From an uncultured virus (IMG/VR IMGVR_UViG_2846902752_000010) (Duplodnaviria; Heunggongvirae; Uroviricota; Caudoviricetes), in the IMG/VR virus record IMGVR_UViG_2846902752_000010: a stretch of DNA of 64,000 bases; one strand, written 5' to 3'. The notes beneath the pieces were generated by a model, which was given only the letters and a program-made list of their open reading frames with translations, was not told where the DNA came from and ran no database searches. Shown here piece by piece: positions 61,100-64,000 of the stretch. The translations under genes were made by a program, and so were the position numbers. Each line of letters starts with the position of its first letter. Within the stretch, counting starts at the first letter, position 1.

Positions 61100-61297
61100 T
61101 CAGTTATCGCTCATCAGGTCGATAGCAACCTCATAGACCTCATTCATAAACCTGTCTATTTCTTGTTCTTTATGGGAGTACAGCAATTGCCTGATATTTC
61201 CTTTCGTTATCATCTGCCGTGAATCCAGTAACATAATAGCCGCTCTGCCTGTTACTCTGCATACTTCACTGTAAATCAGTTCTCGTTCGTCACTCAT
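61100..61297 (-). CDS. Small hypothetical protein
   Basis: GAGGTG RBS; imperfect LexA box 61307-61322. Confidence 0.6.
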   Translation of the reverse strand: MSDERELIYSEVCRVTGRAAIMLLDSRQMITKGNIRQLLYSHKEQEIDRFMNEVYEVAIDLMSDN

Positions 61298-61485
61298 TCA
61301 TCACCTCTGTATATTTATTCAACAATAACATCCGTAGCAGCGCTTGGACAGAAAATAATTGTATATTTTTTGTTCCACTTCATGTGATCTACGCCAGATT
61401 TTGACGATTTTAAAAAAGATAAATCATTAATAAAATCAACAATATAAATATATTAAATCTTATCTAACATTACCCAAGCCTAAAT

Positions 61486-61520
61486 ATGCGCTTGACGCAT
61501 TTGCGTCAAATGCATATTAT
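61486..61520 (+). promoter_or_regulatory. pL promoter with oL operators
   Basis: TTGACG-N17-TATTAT overlapping ATGCGCTTGACGCAT and TTGCGTCAAATGCAT. Confidence 0.85.
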
Positions 61521-61550
61521 CATATCCATCAACGGAACACAGCACGTTGG

Positions 61551-61617
61551 CGCTCTTTAAAAACGATGATAGCGAGCTGTGCATTGGCTGTCAGAACGGT
61601 GACGCTGATAAAGCGTC
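61551..61617 (+). promoter_or_regulatory. nutL (boxA + boxB)
   Basis: CGCTCTTTAA boxA; GACGC-TGATAAA-GCGTC boxB with the same loop as nutR. Confidence 0.8.
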
Positions 61618-61693
61618 AACCTTCTCAGAAGGTTTCGGGATTGAAGCAAAGCATGATTGTACCAATCACCAAAGCCGACTGTTTGGAGGAAAT

Positions 61694-62002
61694 ATGGCAA
61701 TAATCATAGTGAAAAAATCACGCAAGCCTGAATTTTTACGTGGCAACTCAGCAAACAGGCGTCACGCCAGGAGAAAGGCTGAAGCGATTGCCACCAAAAA
61801 TGTAAAAATGAAGTTGGAGGAAATATTCAGAACTGAACCGGACAAAAGCCCAATGAGCCGAGTAGAAAAAGCCACATCAGCATGCAGTACACCGATTTAC
61901 GATTCACCGGATAACTGCTGCTTAAACACTACTGCCCTGTATTCAACTAAGCGATATAATTCAAAACCAAAAACAGAATTTGGCATCACGGCCAGAGCAT
62001 AG
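61694..62002 (+). CDS. N-type early antiterminator
   Basis: First pL gene; GGAGG RBS; Arg-rich motif NSANRRHARR. Confidence 0.75.
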   Translation: MAIIIVKKSRKPEFLRGNSANRRHARRKAEAIATKNVKMKLEEIFRTEPDKSPMSRVEKATSACSTPIYDSPDNCCLNTTALYSTKRYNSKPKTEFGITARA

Positions 62003-62030
62003 CCCATCCTATGAATGGGCTGACCAAGTA

Positions 62031-62240
62031 TTACTTAAGGTAGAGCAAGTCCAGTGCTGCTTTCTCTGCATCTTCTGGCTCATCAAATGACTCCAGAATG
62101 TGCGGGTACCTTGCTGCCTGACTCAAACTTTTAATATTTTTCTCAATTTCGGATTTTTGCTCGGTAGTCAGCGCGTCAAAAATTGATTTCAGCAAAATAT
62201 GCTGCGCGTCCAGACGCTTTGCAATCACTTCATTATTCAT
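62031..62240 (-). CDS. Hypothetical protein antisense to pL operon
   Basis: 69 aa ORF with plausible composition. Confidence 0.5.
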   Translation of the reverse strand: MNNEVIAKRLDAQHILLKSIFDALTTEQKSEIEKNIKSLSQAARYPHILESFDEPEDAEKAALDLLYLK

Positions 62241-62594
62241 CTTATTTATCTCATTTTATAGGGTTAAAAGCATCTTAACGGATTTCTATCTGTAACACAC
62301 GGTGCCTCATCTGATATGGTTAAAAGCAGACACTTCACCCCATCACATTTACGGTGGATGTTAGGTTAAATAAAACAGGAGATGGATATGACGTGTAGCA
62401 ATAAGTACTGCATCGACTGAATTGAGCTCATCACATGTTGCTCAGGCAGAGGCGTATGCCGGAAGCTGCTGCAAAGAGTGCAACAATGAGAACATAGAGC
62501 CAACAGATAAAAGCATTTTTGATTACCTAAAATATATCGGGTGTCTTGGCGTCTGACAGCCCAGGAGACGAGCACCCAGTCAGTAATCTGAAAT

Positions 62595-62858
62595 TTATAT
62601 TTTCTGCTTCAGAATAGAATAGTAACAGTCTGATATCTTAATTAGATTAACTCCGGGGCGGACGCTGGATTCAACAACTTCCAAAACATCTTTATCAATC
62701 AAACGCTTTGCTGCTTTTTTATAAATTCTGATTTTCCTTTTTTTGTATTTTCCATTAAGAAAATATATCAGTAATGCGCGTTCTTCATCATCGAAATTTT
62801 TTATTACTTTGGGAGCTTTTATGAATCGAAAAATTACTTTTTTTATTAGCTCACTCAT
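62595..62858 (-). CDS. Basic hypothetical protein antisense to pL operon
   Basis: GGAG RBS, ATG 62858. Confidence 0.55.
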   Translation of the reverse strand: MSELIKKVIFRFIKAPKVIKNFDDEERALLIYFLNGKYKKRKIRIYKKAAKRLIDKDVLEVVESSVRPGVNLIKISDCYYSILKQKI

Positions 62859-62998
62859 TATCTCTCCATAATCCATTGAACATCCGAATAATATTCTAGC
62901 ATAAATTAACATATGATTTTACTGAAATTTTAACTTTTCTCTCAATGCTGGAATAACTATTCGGACATCACATAGCACAGGGACGTGTATAGGAGGAA

Positions 62999-63157
62999 TT
63001 ACCTCGGATAAAGGAAATATCCGATTACCGCAAGGAAGATAAAGACAACAACAGGAATCCCGATAGTTAATTTCAGATACCTGATGAATGACTTGGTTAT
63101 AGCTTTTTCTACAGCTTTCTCAATGATCGTCTCAAGTTGTTCAGGGGTTAAATTCAT
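62999..63157 (-). CDS. 52-aa single-TM protein (not in ORF track)
   Basis: AAGGAG RBS; MNLTPEQLETIIEKAVEKAITKSFIRYLKLTIGIPVVVFIFLAVIGYFLYPR*. Confidence 0.6.
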   Translation of the reverse strand: MNLTPEQLETIIEKAVEKAITKSFIRYLKLTIGIPVVVFIFLAVIGYFLYPR

Positions 63158-63463
63158 AACTGCTCTCCTTAGTTTTTCTAACTATATCCGGGGAGCGGAC
63201 ATTGTTCCAGAGTGAAATTATGCGCCATTAATTTATGGAAAAGGCAGTTGGAATATAACTGCCTTAATGTCCATCAGAAGGAAACAAACATAAATGAGAC
63301 AGGAAGAAAAAGATACCGCCAGGAATGGTTGCTGTAATCAAAGGTAATAAAGCAAAAGCCTCAATAATCTGCTCCTCATTGTTATCACTAAATATATTTT
63401 AATCAGCATCAATAAAATTTCAATATATCCTTTATTTTTCAGGTATATCCGCAGGTAAACAAC

Positions 63464-63640
63464 ATGAAAACTAAACCTTGTCGCGCTGCGTGCGGTTCTG
63501 ACGTGGCGTGCATCTCTATGCCATTTTTACGCCTTGCCCGATGTGCGGCAAGGGTAGCGATATCCACCGGAAAGTCCCGCATTTGGGATCTGGCTAACCA
63601 ATTACAGATGAGAGCTTACGGGAGAAAGATATGTCGCTGA
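63464..63640 (+). CDS. Small pL-operon protein (58 aa)
   Basis: AGGT RBS; overlaps next ORF. Confidence 0.5.
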   Translation: MKTKPCRAACGSDVACISMPFLRLARCAARVAISTGKSRIWDLANQLQMRAYGRKICR

Positions 63641-63807
63641 TGACTGCAAAACAAAAACACACCAAGGAACAGGTTATTGAGTTGTTCAATCAGGCTGACA
63701 TGGATGAAAAGCAGATTGAGCAGATTGTGTCGGAGTGGCGTTGGCGCAGGGAGAACGCCAAAACAAGCCGCATTCTCCATCAGTGCAGAATGAGGCTACC
63801 GGCATGA
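63631..63807 (+). CDS. Small pL-operon protein (58 aa)
   Basis: GGAG RBS; ATGA coupling to next ORF. Confidence 0.55.
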   Translation: MSLMTAKQKHTKEQVIELFNQADMDEKQIEQIVSEWRWRRENAKTSRILHQCRMRLPA

Positions 63808-63968
63808 ACACATACACAATACAGGATGCTCAGGTAGAACGGCAACGGATTGCCGAACAGCGCAGGAAACGAGAGCAGAAAGAAAAGGATGATTACTGGT
63901 TTCGTGAAAGTGTCGGATTGCCAAACGGACGGGTACCGGCAGAATTTTTAAGCGGAGAATTCACATGA
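63804..63968 (+). CDS. Small pL-operon protein (54 aa)
   Basis: ATGA overlaps at both ends. Confidence 0.55.
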   Translation: MNTYTIQDAQVERQRIAEQRRKREQKEKDDYWFRESVGLPNGRVPAEFLSGEFT

Positions 63969-64000
63969 TGGAATATCCACGACGCATAGGGAAACCCGCA

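Noticed and set aside
61547..61693. N-terminal extension of N in the ORF track
   Set aside because: Covers nutL; the strong RBS is at ATG 61694

Overview
Enterobacterial chromosome segment, probably Morganella/Proteeae (inferred from gene content, not verified), with three parts. (1) 166-12269: a headless contractile-tail gene cluster (fibre, baseplate, tape measure, frameshifted chaperone, tube, DUF3383-type sheath, neck) with its own Q-type antiterminator and a duplicated late-promoter region. This is a candidate R-type tailocin. (2) 12472-16255: a low-GC islet with an LprI-like protein, a GT9 glycosyltransferase, a membrane protein and an integrase remnant. (3) 16218 to beyond 64000: a lambdoid siphoviral prophage bounded by a tRNA-Thr(UGU) 3' fragment (att). 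It has tail, head, packaging, lysis, Q, nin, replication and cII/cro/cI/N modules, one IS3-family insertion and two tRNAs. It carries an unusually heavy moron load: umuDC, a toiL-topAI(yjhX)-fused double methyltransferase operon, pliC-like, cor-like, blc, hsp20, two usp genes, a Sel1 protein, an lpxL/P-type acyltransferase and a csp gene. The strongest candidate for a new system is a DUF3800 (RNase H-like) gene followed directly by a compact multi-hairpin putative ncRNA, with the whole cassette bracketed by 16-bp direct repeats next to the holin. All product calls come from motif and synteny recognition without database searches.
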